From: an uncultured Candidatus Saccharibacteria bacterium | GTDB taxonomy: Bacteria > Patescibacteriota > Minisyncoccia > Minisyncoccales > GWA2-38-27 | Assembly: GCA_964469955.1 (NCBI GenBank) | Contig: CAYXZK010000005.1 | Span: 1 to 45,409 of the forward strand | Reading direction: 5' to 3' | DNA: 45,409 bases | Shown here: positions 35,902 to 45,409 of the stretch, one piece after another | How the letters are laid out: every line of letters starts with the position of its first letter | Numbering within the stretch: position 1 is the first letter of the stretch | Translations under genes and position numbers: made by a program | Notes under the pieces: model-generated | Databases searched by the model: none | The model's input: the letters and a program-made list of their open reading frames with translations, nothing else | Told to the model about the DNA's origin: nothing

Positions 35902-36564
35902 TTAATTAAAGTCTTTTCTGTTTATTAATATTGAAAACCTAATTTTAATAATTTGACAGATCATTTTAATTCTATTTGAGAATCCTTTTAAAAACCCCCA
36001 TTTTTTTTCTTTTATTATTATATCAAGTCCTTTTAAGTCAATATAACTAACAGGAAATTTTTTAAGTTTACAATAATAATTAAGAGCTGTTTCTACCGCA
36101 AATCCTTGTATAAACTTCTCTGGTATATTTTGGAAAACAGAACGTTTCATAGCACGCTCGCCTCCAATAGCCAACAGAGGATCAAGTTTGACAAAAATTT
36201 TTGGCAATCCTTTTTTGCGCCCCCTTAATCCAATTGACATCATCGCTTTATTTTCTAAAACCGGCTTAAGCAACAAAGAAATATGTTCAACGGTTAAACC
36301 AATTAAGTCAGCGTCAATAAAAACTATTGTTTCGAAAACAGCTCTCTCAACCCCAATCTTCATCGCGTTTCCCTTGCCTTTGTTTTGAGGCAATCTGCTT
36401 ACTTTTGCTCCTAATTTTAACGCGACTTCAGAAGTCTCATCTTCTGAACCATCGTCAACAACAATAACCTCTCCTATTTCTGTTGAGTTTAAAAGGACTT
36501 TTAAAACCCTCTGAATATTTTTTTCTTCATTAAACGCGCAAACAATAGCGCTCGCTTTGTTCAT
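35902..36564 (-). CDS. Glycosyltransferase family 2
   Basis: AFNEE, VDDGSED, NKGKGNA, FIDADL. Confidence 0.9.
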   Translation of the reverse strand: MNKASAIVCAFNEEKNIQRVLKVLLNSTEIGEVIVVDDGSEDETSEVALKLGAKVSRLPQNKGKGNAMKIGVERAVFETIVFIDADLIGLTVEHISLLLKPVLENKAMMSIGLRGRKKGLPKIFVKLDPLLAIGGERAMKRSVFQNIPEKFIQGFAVETALNYYCKLKKFPVSYIDLKGLDIIIKEKKWGFLKGFSNRIKMICQIIKIRFSILINRKDFN

Positions 36565-37922
36565 TTTAATTTTTCTGTTAAAAAAGGAATCATCTCTTTA
36601 ATCTTAATTCTTTCTTGCAGCATAGTATCCCGCTCTCGAATAGTTATATCTTGGTTTTCTAAACTTTCAAAATCTACTGTTAAGGCAAAAGGAGTGCCAA
36701 TTTCGTCTTGTCTGCGGTATCTCCTACCAATTGAACCATTTTCGTCATATTGACACATAAAATACGGTTTTAAAATTCCATAGACTTCTTTTGCTTTTTT
36801 AGTTAGTTCGGGCTTATTTTTTACTAAAGGAAGAATCGCAATCTTAATAGGGGCTATTTTTCTATTTATTTTTAATAAAATCTCTTTCTCCTTAACGGAT
36901 TTCGTGGTTTTAGTTCTGCCATTTTCAACTTCTTGAAATCCATTTACCAAAAGAGCTAAAAGAGCTCTGTCAATACCCATAGTTGGCTCAATTACATAAG
37001 GCCGATAGTTTTCATCTTTTTCGCTGTCAAAATATTTCAAGTTCCTGCCAGAAAATTCTTCGTGCTTTTTCAAATCATAATCCATTCTATTCGCCACTCC
37101 TCCTAATTCCGACCAGCCAAAAGGAAATTTGTACTCAATATCTACGGTTCTTTTTGAATAATGCGCCAAACTACTTTTAGGATGTTCAAAACGACGCAAT
37201 TTCTTTTTTTCCAAACCTAAATCTAAATAGAATTTTTCTAATTTATCAATCCAAAAATCAAACCATTTTTCGTCTTCTCCTTTTTTAACGAAAAATTCAA
37301 TTTCAGCAATATCAAATTCTCTTGAACGAAAAGTAAAATCGCTTAAAGTAATCTCGTTTCTAAAAGATTTTCCTAATTGAGCAATTCCAAAAGGAATTTT
37401 TACTCGCATAGAATCTAAAATATTTTGGAAATTCGTAAACATTGACTGCGCTGTTTCAGGACGCAAATATGTCTGGTGAGTCTTGTCTTCAAGCGGACCC
37501 AAAAAAGTTTTAAACATTAGATTAAACATCTTCGGCTCTGTAAAATCTTTACTCCCGCATCCAGGACATTGGTTTTTTTCTCGCGCTTGCCCCTGCCCAA
37601 CGAATTTACCCGCTTCTAAATGGTCAGCGCGGAACCTAAGATTACACTTTTTACATTCTTTTAAAGCGTCTGTAAAATTATCTATATGGCCTGACGCTTG
37701 CCAAACTTTAGGATTCATTAAAATTGTCCCTTCAATTAAAAAAACAGCCTCTTCTTGAAAAACAAAAGTATCCAACCAAAAATTTTTTAGATTATTTTTT
37801 AGCAAAGCGCCCAATGGTCCATAGTCCCAAAGTCCCGCGGCTCCGCCGTAAATTTCCGAAGAAGGGAAAATAAACCCCCTTCTTTTTGAAAAAGATACTA
37901 TTTTTTGCATTAAATCTTCCAT
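36561..37922 (-). CDS. glyQS: Glycine--tRNA ligase, alpha2 type
   Basis: SSEIYGG, YLRPETAQ, GKSFRNEI, VIEP, SIGRRYRRQDEIGTP. Confidence 0.97.
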   Translation of the reverse strand: MEDLMQKIVSFSKRRGFIFPSSEIYGGAAGLWDYGPLGALLKNNLKNFWLDTFVFQEEAVFLIEGTILMNPKVWQASGHIDNFTDALKECKKCNLRFRADHLEAGKFVGQGQAREKNQCPGCGSKDFTEPKMFNLMFKTFLGPLEDKTHQTYLRPETAQSMFTNFQNILDSMRVKIPFGIAQLGKSFRNEITLSDFTFRSREFDIAEIEFFVKKGEDEKWFDFWIDKLEKFYLDLGLEKKKLRRFEHPKSSLAHYSKRTVDIEYKFPFGWSELGGVANRMDYDLKKHEEFSGRNLKYFDSEKDENYRPYVIEPTMGIDRALLALLVNGFQEVENGRTKTTKSVKEKEILLKINRKIAPIKIAILPLVKNKPELTKKAKEVYGILKPYFMCQYDENGSIGRRYRRQDEIGTPFALTVDFESLENQDITIRERDTMLQERIKIKEMIPFLTEKLK

Positions 37923-39628
37923 TATTGAATAACCCGACCCATCTGCGTTTCAACGCTTGAATCGTCAGGTAATGTGGTGTCAATTTCAGAATCGTTAGAA
38001 CCAACAATTTTTTCTGTCCATTGGTCTTCTCCACTGATTTTTACTTCTTTTATAATCGGTAAAACCATATTAGTATGCTCAGAAGACGGAGTTAAGGCAA
38101 CTTGAAAAGCTATATTAGGAGCTTGGTCTGAAACGCCTGTTCCAGCCTTCATCTCGTTTATCGTCCAGACAATTTCTCTGCTATTGCTATCATAAGTGAA
38201 TCCCGACTTTTCCTGTTCAGGGAAAATTTTACCGGTTAATTTTACGTAAGCAGGCAAAAGCGCTTTAACTCTTACATTTTTGACATTGTTAAAATAGTTT
38301 TGCGCCTGCCAAATAACAGTATAGGTTGTGGTCTCTCCAATTTTAGGAGGTAAGGGTCCTGAATTTCCAAAAACTTCTTCGTTATAATATCCTTTTTGAG
38401 AAATAGCTAATTTTGAATTTACTTTTATCTCAAATTCTTCTTTTATCTGCGAAATTAAAACCGTATTTTTTAAAATAGCATTTCTGCTTTCGGAATTATT
38501 AATTTTCCATTCATCTTTTAAGTTTATCCAAAATTCAACTTTTCCTTCTTCACCTTGATCCAAATAACGCAATTTACTATTATCGCGCCAATCCCACACA
38601 ATAGAATTATCGCCTTTATTAAATTGCCCTGAACTAAACTTGATGCTGTCGTAATCAAAACCTTCGCCATCTAACCTTGAAACTAAAAATAAATCATTGA
38701 ATGGGTCTTCTCCAACATTTCTAAAATAAATTTCGTAATGAAGCAAATCTCCAGAATTTGCAAAATATTGATTTTCGTTGTTAATTCTTTGAAACACAGA
38801 AAGATGCGGCTTGGTAATTTCTATTCCCCTTGAAATATCTTTTATTTCAATAAACTCATTCTCTATCCAAAGTCCCATAATTGCTCTAAAAATTTTCTGC
38901 TCTTTTAATTCTCCTGAAAGTTTTCCGCTAATTTCAATCCTTCCGCCTTCTGCTTTATTTAAAAGAGGAATTTCCCATTCTGTTTTGTCCAATGTTTTAG
39001 GATTGCTTTTTAAAAATTCAAATGAGGACGGATATTCAACTTTTAAGCCGAAATTAATTAAAGGATAATCTAAATTTGAGAAATAATTTAAAGAAAAGTC
39101 AAAATCTCTATCGCTTTCTATCTTTGAAGGAAGATCAAATTCAAGCGTTAACGGAACAGATTTTACCAAAGTGCTAAAAGTGGTTGAAGATTCATAACGC
39201 GGTTTTAAATTTTTAGGCTTATAGCTTATTTGAACTTTAGCTGTTTTCAGTTGGTTTTCTTTTCCGAAAAGCCGTCCCTTGAAATATAAAGTTTTTTCTT
39301 CTCCCGGATAGATATCTCCTAATTCCTCTGGCCCTATTTCTTGTCTTGTGGAAAAATTCTCTTGCCCTTCTTCGTTATCAGCGTTATCAGCAGATAAAAT
39401 AGTATATTCTGGAAATTCAAAAATAAGCCTTGGTTCTTCCAATCTTACGTTGCCATTGTTTTTATATTTCACAACATATTCAACTTCCTGAAAAAGAGAA
39501 ACTTCCGCGGGACCAAAAATCTCCAACCTTAAAACATCTTTTGAATATGGGTTTCTTTGCCAATACCAATAGCCCGCTATTGCTAAAACTAACCCTAAAA
39601 TTATAATTGAGAAAATAATTTTTTTCAT
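37922..39628 (-). CDS. Membrane-anchored extracellular protein with multiple Ig-like/DUF11-like beta domains
   Basis: N-terminal TM helix; repeated 'Y.V.Y.N.G' strands; 'GPLPPKIGETTTYTV.W'. Confidence 0.7.
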   Translation of the reverse strand: MKKIIFSIIILGLVLAIAGYWYWQRNPYSKDVLRLEIFGPAEVSLFQEVEYVVKYKNNGNVRLEEPRLIFEFPEYTILSADNADNEEGQENFSTRQEIGPEELGDIYPGEEKTLYFKGRLFGKENQLKTAKVQISYKPKNLKPRYESSTTFSTLVKSVPLTLEFDLPSKIESDRDFDFSLNYFSNLDYPLINFGLKVEYPSSFEFLKSNPKTLDKTEWEIPLLNKAEGGRIEISGKLSGELKEQKIFRAIMGLWIENEFIEIKDISRGIEITKPHLSVFQRINNENQYFANSGDLLHYEIYFRNVGEDPFNDLFLVSRLDGEGFDYDSIKFSSGQFNKGDNSIVWDWRDNSKLRYLDQGEEGKVEFWINLKDEWKINNSESRNAILKNTVLISQIKEEFEIKVNSKLAISQKGYYNEEVFGNSGPLPPKIGETTTYTVIWQAQNYFNNVKNVRVKALLPAYVKLTGKIFPEQEKSGFTYDSNSREIVWTINEMKAGTGVSDQAPNIAFQVALTPSSEHTNMVLPIIKEVKISGEDQWTEKIVGSNDSEIDTTLPDDSSVETQMGRVIQ

Positions 39629-39720
39629 AATCCAAACAGATTTAACCTTTAAATTTGTTTTTTGATTATACTACATTATTCTTAAATCGCAAAATAAACT
39701 GTATGCCTAAAATTTTTATC

Positions 39721-40440
39721 TTAAAAAGAATTAAGATAATTTTCAGATATTGTTTTAAGCAGGTTTTCGCTAGAATCAGTTATTTTAATTTTAGACAACA
39801 CTTTAATTTCTTTTTTTAAAAAAAGTCGCAAAATTTTAACAGTTTCAATTGAAATTTTTTGCTCTTGATTTTCTTTTTTATGGCAATTTTGACAAATTAT
39901 ACCTTTCTTTAAAAAATTAAAATAAAGTTTTTCAGGAAGAAGTTTTTTTTTGCAGGACGCGCATTGATACAAATTAATTTGATAACCTAAAAGCGAGACA
40001 AGGTTCCAAAAATAATAGTAATAATAAATTCCAATTCTGTAATTTTTGTTTTCTATTTTAGTTTGATCTAATTCTTGAAAAACTTGATTTAATAAATACC
40101 AGATATTAGCGTCTTTCTCTTGTCCCTTAACGAGATTATCCGTGATTGAATTAATTTTTTGAGCAATTTCTGCTTTTTCTAAATTTTTTCTTATATCCTT
40201 GAAACTTTTAACCACAACCGCGTCAGTTAAGGTTTTGCCTATTCTGCCTTGAATAAATTCAATCTCTAAAACACAAAACAATTCCACGCCCGCTCTTAAT
40301 TTTGATTTAATTTTCCTTATGGCTTTTCCTAAAATATCCAATTTCCCGAAATCTTTCGTATAAATAGTTAAAATTTGATCGGCTTCAAACCAATTTTTCT
40401 TTTTTAAAACAAAACCTTTTGTCTGGTAGTAAGTCGCCAT
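39721..40440 (-). CDS. recO: DNA repair protein RecO
   Basis: 'EADQILTIYTKDFGK..KAIRK.KSKL'; CASC...CQNC zinc finger. Confidence 0.92.
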   Translation of the reverse strand: MATYYQTKGFVLKKKNWFEADQILTIYTKDFGKLDILGKAIRKIKSKLRAGVELFCVLEIEFIQGRIGKTLTDAVVVKSFKDIRKNLEKAEIAQKINSITDNLVKGQEKDANIWYLLNQVFQELDQTKIENKNYRIGIYYYYYFWNLVSLLGYQINLYQCASCKKKLLPEKLYFNFLKKGIICQNCHKKENQEQKISIETVKILRLFLKKEIKVLSKIKITDSSENLLKTISENYLNSF

Positions 40441-40575
40441 ATTATCTTAAGTCCCATTTTTTTTAGAAAAATCAACTCTTGGAATTGATTTTCTCTGTCG
40501 AAAATTTCCATAAATTTAATTTATTGAAATTAGTTGTTTGTTGTTTAGCAGCGATTATTGGGAAATGGTCAACTG

Positions 40576-43455
40576 TCAATTTTTAACTATTTTTATTCCA
40601 ATGAGCAAGTTCTCTTTGTCAATCTTTGTTTCTTTTTTAATTTCAAATTCTGCGCTTAATTCGGTCGTTGTTTTAAAATCTTCGGCCACAACATTATCTA
40701 ATATAAAAATCTTTTTTGCCTCTAAAATCTTATTCAAATCGCCTGACCCGCTTGTCTCAATCAAAATCTTATCTTGTCTTTTCAGTCCTGCTTTCTTTCG
40801 CAGAGACTGAATCTGCCGCATAACTTCTCTAACAACTCCTTCTTCTCTTAGTTCTTGAGTAATTTTAGCATCCAACTCAATTTCTTTCTTGATTCTGTTG
40901 TCAAATACAATTTCTTTAACATTAATCTCTTCTTTTATAAGCTCTAATAATTCTTTCTCAATATTTTCTAATTTCTGATTTTTAATTATTAATTTTGTTA
41001 ACGGTTGCCTAACTTTTATGCCTAACTCCGCTCTTAAACTCAATCCCTTTGTCACAATCCCTCTTATTTCTTCCATTTTATTCTCTAATTCTTGATTTAT
41101 CTTTTCTTTATTAATTTTAGGCCAAGTGTTTAAATGAATTGATTCAGGCATTTTCTGTGTTTTTATTCTTGAATACATTTCTTCAGAGAAAAAGGGAACA
41201 ATAGGCGACATAACTTTTAATAAATTTAAAAGAACATAGTAAAGCGTTTGAATAGCTTGTTTGCTTTCATTAAATCCTTGAGCAAATCTTTTACGCGACC
41301 TTCTAACATACCAAAGCGATAAATCTTTAATAAAAAATTCTTCAATAGATAATGTTACCGTAGCTACATTGTATTTATCTAAATTGGAACTTACTTTCTT
41401 AACCAAAGAGCTAAAACGAGAAATAATCCATTTATCCAAAATATTATCTGTTTCCGGTAAACTATCTTTCAATGCTTCTCTTGCATCAATATAATTATTT
41501 AAAAAGGAAAATATGTTATATAAAGTTAACAGCTTTCTTTTTATTTCTTCAACCATACTATAACCGAAATTCAGATTATAGGCAGGATTTTGGCGTGAAT
41601 ACATCCATCTCATAGGATCTGCTCCAAGATCCTCTATAGCGTCATCAAGCCAAATAGCATTGCCTGCTGACTTATGCATTTCTTCACCTTTTTCGTCACG
41701 CACTAAAGCATAAGCAAAAACTGTTTTTGTTGGATTTGTATCTTCTAAAACCGCGCTCATCACAATCATAGAATAAAACCAATTTTTAAATTGTCCTGGA
41801 AATGATTCAGAGATTAAGTCTGCTGGAAACCATTTTTTCCAAAATTCTTTATCTTCGTAATATTTCATTGTTGAGAAAGAAACAATTCCAGCATCAAGCC
41901 AAGGATTGCCAACATCGGGAATTCGGGAAACAATTTCTCCGCATTTAGAACATCTGATCTTTACTTTATCTATCCACGGCTTGTGTGGAGAATTACCCTC
42001 AAATTCTTCCCAACCAGAGACAGCTCTTTCTTTTAATTCTTTTTTTGAACCAATAACTTCAAAATTACCACATTGAGGACACTCGTAAATTGGTAAAGCC
42101 AATCCCCAATAACGTTTTTTTGAAATTAACCAATCTTGCATATTTTTTAACCAATCAAGCTCTCTATCCAATCCAAAAGCAGGAATCCATTCTATTTGCG
42201 TAGTTGTCTTTATCAAAAGTTCTCTCAATTTATCCATTGAAATATACCATTCATCAACTAAACGAAAAATTAATTCTGATTTACAACGCCAACAAGTGGG
42301 ATAACGATGCGTGTAGTTTTCAATTTTGAAAACTAATCCCTTTTTTTCTAAATCCTCAAAAATACTATCTGCTGCTTCGCTTACCAATTTACCTTCTAAA
42401 AACCCAAAGCCTTTTTGGTATCTAGTTTCGTCATCTGTTGGATTAAGCACGCTTAATTTATTTTCTCGACTCAATTGAAAATCTTCTTGGCCGCAACCCG
42501 GAGCAATATGCACTATACCCGTACCTTCATCATCCACAACATCCTCCCATAGAATCACTCTATAATCATTTCCTTTTATTCCGTTCTTAACTGACTCAAG
42601 TTCGTTAAACATACCTTGATACTTTAATCCTTCTAATTTTTTACCGAAAAATTCTTCTATCACTTTTCCATTAGACACTAAATCAGCCTTATTTTTTAAA
42701 CAAATAAAAATATTTTTCTGTTCATCTTCAATTTTTACATAAATCAGTTTTGGGTTCACTGCTAAGGCAACATTAGCCGGCAATGTCCACGGAGTTGTTG
42801 TCCACACCAAAAAAAATGTTTGTTTTTCGTTTTTAAGCGGTAATTTTACAAAAATTGATTTATGCGTAATTTCTTTATATTCCTCTGTTAAAATCTCGTG
42901 CTGAGAAATAGCGGTTCCGCAACGCGGACACCACGGCACAACATCTCTGCCTTTGTACAAATATCCTTTTTCATTACATTTTTTAAGAAAACCCCAAATA
43001 GCATAATTATTCTCGTCAGACATTGTGTAATAAGAATTTTCCCAATCCATCCATTGCCCTAAACGAATTGACTGGTCTGTCTGAATTTTAGAATATTTTA
43101 AAACTCTATCTTTGCAGGCCTGCACAAAAGGAGCTACTCCAAACTTTTCAATATCCTTTTTCGTTTTAAAGCCCATCTCCTTTTCCACTTCCACTTCAAC
43201 CCAGAGGCCTTGGCAGTCAAAACCAGCTTGATATCTCGCGTCAAAACCTTGCAACGCTTTATATCTATGAAACAAATCTTTGTATGTTCGCCCCCAAGCA
43301 TGATGAACCCCCATTGGATTGTTAGCCGTTATAGGTCCATCTATAAAAGACCAGTTCTTTTTGCCCTGGTTTTTTTCTTTCAGTTTCTTAAAAATCTTTT
43401 TATCCTCCCAAAATTTTAGAATCTCTCTTTCTTTTTTCGCAAAATCAAAATTCAT
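40576..43455 (-). CDS. ileS: Isoleucine--tRNA ligase, type 2
   Basis: DGPITAN.PMGVHH, WTTTPWTLPAN, GTGIVHIAP, DWLISKKRYWG, EMHKSAGN, KVRQPL. Confidence 0.96.
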   Translation of the reverse strand: MNFDFAKKEREILKFWEDKKIFKKLKEKNQGKKNWSFIDGPITANNPMGVHHAWGRTYKDLFHRYKALQGFDARYQAGFDCQGLWVEVEVEKEMGFKTKKDIEKFGVAPFVQACKDRVLKYSKIQTDQSIRLGQWMDWENSYYTMSDENNYAIWGFLKKCNEKGYLYKGRDVVPWCPRCGTAISQHEILTEEYKEITHKSIFVKLPLKNEKQTFFLVWTTTPWTLPANVALAVNPKLIYVKIEDEQKNIFICLKNKADLVSNGKVIEEFFGKKLEGLKYQGMFNELESVKNGIKGNDYRVILWEDVVDDEGTGIVHIAPGCGQEDFQLSRENKLSVLNPTDDETRYQKGFGFLEGKLVSEAADSIFEDLEKKGLVFKIENYTHRYPTCWRCKSELIFRLVDEWYISMDKLRELLIKTTTQIEWIPAFGLDRELDWLKNMQDWLISKKRYWGLALPIYECPQCGNFEVIGSKKELKERAVSGWEEFEGNSPHKPWIDKVKIRCSKCGEIVSRIPDVGNPWLDAGIVSFSTMKYYEDKEFWKKWFPADLISESFPGQFKNWFYSMIVMSAVLEDTNPTKTVFAYALVRDEKGEEMHKSAGNAIWLDDAIEDLGADPMRWMYSRQNPAYNLNFGYSMVEEIKRKLLTLYNIFSFLNNYIDAREALKDSLPETDNILDKWIISRFSSLVKKVSSNLDKYNVATVTLSIEEFFIKDLSLWYVRRSRKRFAQGFNESKQAIQTLYYVLLNLLKVMSPIVPFFSEEMYSRIKTQKMPESIHLNTWPKINKEKINQELENKMEEIRGIVTKGLSLRAELGIKVRQPLTKLIIKNQKLENIEKELLELIKEEINVKEIVFDNRIKKEIELDAKITQELREEGVVREVMRQIQSLRKKAGLKRQDKILIETSGSGDLNKILEAKKIFILDNVVAEDFKTTTELSAEFEIKKETKIDKENLLIGIKIVKN

Positions 43456-43470
43456 ACTTTTTAACGCGTT

Positions 43471-44043
43471 TTATTTAATTGAATCAAGTTTATTAAATTT
43501 ACCTGTGCCAAAACGTTTACTTCCGAAATATTTATCGAAAAAATCTTTATTAGAAATTTTATTTACTTTTGCTTCAAGCAACATTAAATTAACTTGATGA
43601 CTAACTATTAAGATAGTTTTATTAGAGTATTTACTGTCTATTTCTCGCAGAAAAGAAAACATTCTTTTTTTTAAATCTTGATATGTTTCTCCTTTAGGCG
43701 GCTTTATTTTAAACCTATCCTGTTTTTGGGGCAAAAAATCTCTGAATTCTTGAATTGGCCTACTGTTAAAAATTCCAACATTGTATTCACGCAATCTTTT
43801 GTCGTGTTTCGGTTTGATGTTTATTTCTTTTCCAACAATTTCAGCTGTTTGACGAGTTCTTAAAACATCTGAAGCAAAAATTAAATCAATTTTCTTTGTC
43901 TTTAATTTTTGAGCCACATCTTTTATTTGCTGTTTCCCTTTTGATGTAAGAGGATTATGAAATTTTTCAGGCCAGCAAGAAATAATTTCTTTTACATTTG
44001 AACGAGCTTGACCGTGGCGTAAAATATAATATTGATTCCGCAT
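43471..44043 (-). CDS. Histidine phosphatase (phosphoglycerate mutase superfamily)
   Basis: LRHGQ, SDVLRTRQTA, RLRE, VSH. Confidence 0.92.
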   Translation of the reverse strand: MRNQYYILRHGQARSNVKEIISCWPEKFHNPLTSKGKQQIKDVAQKLKTKKIDLIFASDVLRTRQTAEIVGKEINIKPKHDKRLREYNVGIFNSRPIQEFRDFLPQKQDRFKIKPPKGETYQDLKKRMFSFLREIDSKYSNKTILIVSHQVNLMLLEAKVNKISNKDFFDKYFGSKRFGTGKFNKLDSIK

Positions 44044-44113
44044 AATTTTTCAGAATAAATCAGAATAAAATAGTTGTTAAAATTCTTAAAACGTTATGAT
44101 AATATCATTTAAA

Positions 44114-45409
44114 CTACATTCTTTCAAGAACATTGATGCCTAAAAGCTCTAATCCGTTTTTGATTACTTGAGCAAATGCTTGAACTAAAGCTAAACGCAT
44201 TGATCTTAAATTCTCGTCTTTTTCTTTTAAAACAGGTGTTGTTTCGTAAAAAGAATTAAAATCTTGCGCCAAATCAAAAATATAACTGCAAATTAAATTA
44301 GGCTTATAGCTTTCGGCCGCGTTTTCTATAATTGCAGGAAACCTAATTAATTGCTTTAAAAGTTGTATTTCGCTTATTTGTTTAAACTTTTGTTGGCTTA
44401 ATTTTATTTTTTTTATTTTTGATTTTCTAAGAATGCTCTTGGCTCTTGTGTAAGCATATTGCAAATAAGGACCGCTATTGCCTTCTAAATTAAGAGCATC
44501 TTCCCATTTAAAAATAACATTTGTCGCGGGCTTCATACGCAAACCATTGTATTTGACAGCTCCAATTCCAATAACTTGCGCTATTTTTTCTTTTTCCTTT
44601 GTTTTAAATTTTGAATTTTTTTGATCTATTATTTTTTTGGCTTTCACAAACGCTTCTTTGAGTATTTCTTCTAAAAGAATTGTTTCTCCTTTTCTTGTTC
44701 TCATTTTGCCTGTTTCTAAGCGGAGCATTCCGTGCGCAACATGAATATAGTCATCTCTCTTTCCCCATCCCAAAAATTCAGCTGCCCAGAATAATTGTTT
44801 AAAATATAATATTTGGTCAACGCCAACTTCGTAAATAATTTTATATGGCTTAAATTGCGCGCGCCTGTATTTTATTGTAGCTAAATCACGTGTCGCATAA
44901 AGAGTAGCTCCATCTGACTTCCTAATCATAAGGGGAGGCAAAGAGTCTTTAGTATAACGAATAATAACAGCTCCTTGGCTTTTTTCCGCCACTTTCTTAT
45001 CCAAAGCTTCTTTAATAACGCTTTTTAGCATTGGTTCATAAAAACTTTCTCCTAAAGCAAGATCTATTTTCACGCCTAAGATTCTGTAAACTTTATTAAA
45101 TTCTTTTAAACTCCACCTCACGCATTTCTTCCACAATCTTTTTGCCTCTGGATTGCCTCGCTCAAGCTCTTTAAACCATTTTCTGGCTTCTTCTTCTATC
45201 TCTGGGTTTTTCTCTGCTTGTTTGTGAAATTTCACATAAAGGGCAACTAGACTTTTAATTGGTTCTTTGGCAATTTCTTTCTCGTTTCCCCATCTTTTAA
45301 TAGCGTATATTAGTTTTCCAAATTGTGTTCCCCAATCCCCAATATGGTTATCTCCAATTGTTTTATATCCTAAAAAAGAGTATAAATTGTAAAGCGCTTG
45401 GCCAATAAT
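44114..45409 (-). CDS. argS: Arginine--tRNA ligase, 3' part (runs off window end)
   Basis: Frame open to the window end: DNHIGDWGTQFG, GESFY, KSDGATLYATRDLA, KMRTRKG, GPYLQYAYTR, LERM. Confidence 0.97.
   Translation of the reverse strand: MIGQALYNLYSFLGYKTIGDNHIGDWGTQFGKLIYAIKRWGNEKEIAKEPIKSLVALYVKFHKQAEKNPEIEEEARKWFKELERGNPEAKRLWKKCVRWSLKEFNKVYRILGVKIDLALGESFYEPMLKSVIKEALDKKVAEKSQGAVIIRYTKDSLPPLMIRKSDGATLYATRDLATIKYRRAQFKPYKIIYEVGVDQILYFKQLFWAAEFLGWGKRDDYIHVAHGMLRLETGKMRTRKGETILLEEILKEAFVKAKKIIDQKNSKFKTKEKEKIAQVIGIGAVKYNGLRMKPATNVIFKWEDALNLEGNSGPYLQYAYTRAKSILRKSKIKKIKLSQQKFKQISEIQLLKQLIRFPAIIENAAESYKPNLICSYIFDLAQDFNSFYETTPVLKEKDENLRSMRLALVQAFAQVIKNGLELLGINVLERM

Noticed and set aside
40465-40495. 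Hairpin AGAAAAATCAA...TTGATTTTCT between ileS and recO
   Set aside because: AT-rich and imperfect with no clear U tail; too weak to call.
1033-43863. Numerous 60-160 aa ORFs antisense or out of frame to identified genes (e.g. 8839..9180, 15751..16146, 29547..30023, 32421..32798)
   Set aside because: They overlap well-supported genes and have no motifs, as expected for shadow ORFs.
13453-45409. Concentration of six aminoacyl-tRNA synthetases; possible T-box leaders
   Set aside because: Expected density for a reduced genome; no T-box consensus seen upstream of any of them.
396-45409. Alternative genetic code (UGA=Gly, as in Gracilibacteria/Absconditabacteria)
   Set aside because: Core genes are uninterrupted in code 11 and several end at TGA at the expected length.

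Overview
AT-rich bacterial chromosome segment in standard code 11 (TGA ends htrA, yqeY, topA and leuS). Its gene content and style are typical of Patescibacteria/CPR (Parcubacteria-like; this is inference). Most of it is housekeeping: six aminoacyl-tRNA synthetases (hisS, leuS, metG, glyQS, ileS, partial argS), ftsA/ftsZ, comEC, dprA, topA, pth, lepB, ybeY, rpsU-yqeY, folD-glyA, tatD, recO and tRNA-Leu(CAA). It also carries a five-gene glycan cluster and two small accessory islands, one after tRNA-Leu and one between leuS and tatD. The strongest candidate for something undescribed is a ~184-nt highly structured RNA between lepB and pth, with its own promoter, a long closing stem rich in G-U pairs and a perfect four-way junction. 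Other notable items: a nucleotidyltransferase-TsaC fusion, a tail-less FtsZ, a truncated LAGLIDADG ORF between a tRNA-Leu and a tRNA 3' remnant, a frameshifted GH3 lacking the NagZ dyad, two degenerate orphan receiver domains, a 34-aa helical repeat protein, an IleRS with a GVHH motif, and repeated heptamer tracts and REP-like palindromes at gene junctions. All calls come from reading motifs by eye; no searches or folding programs were run.
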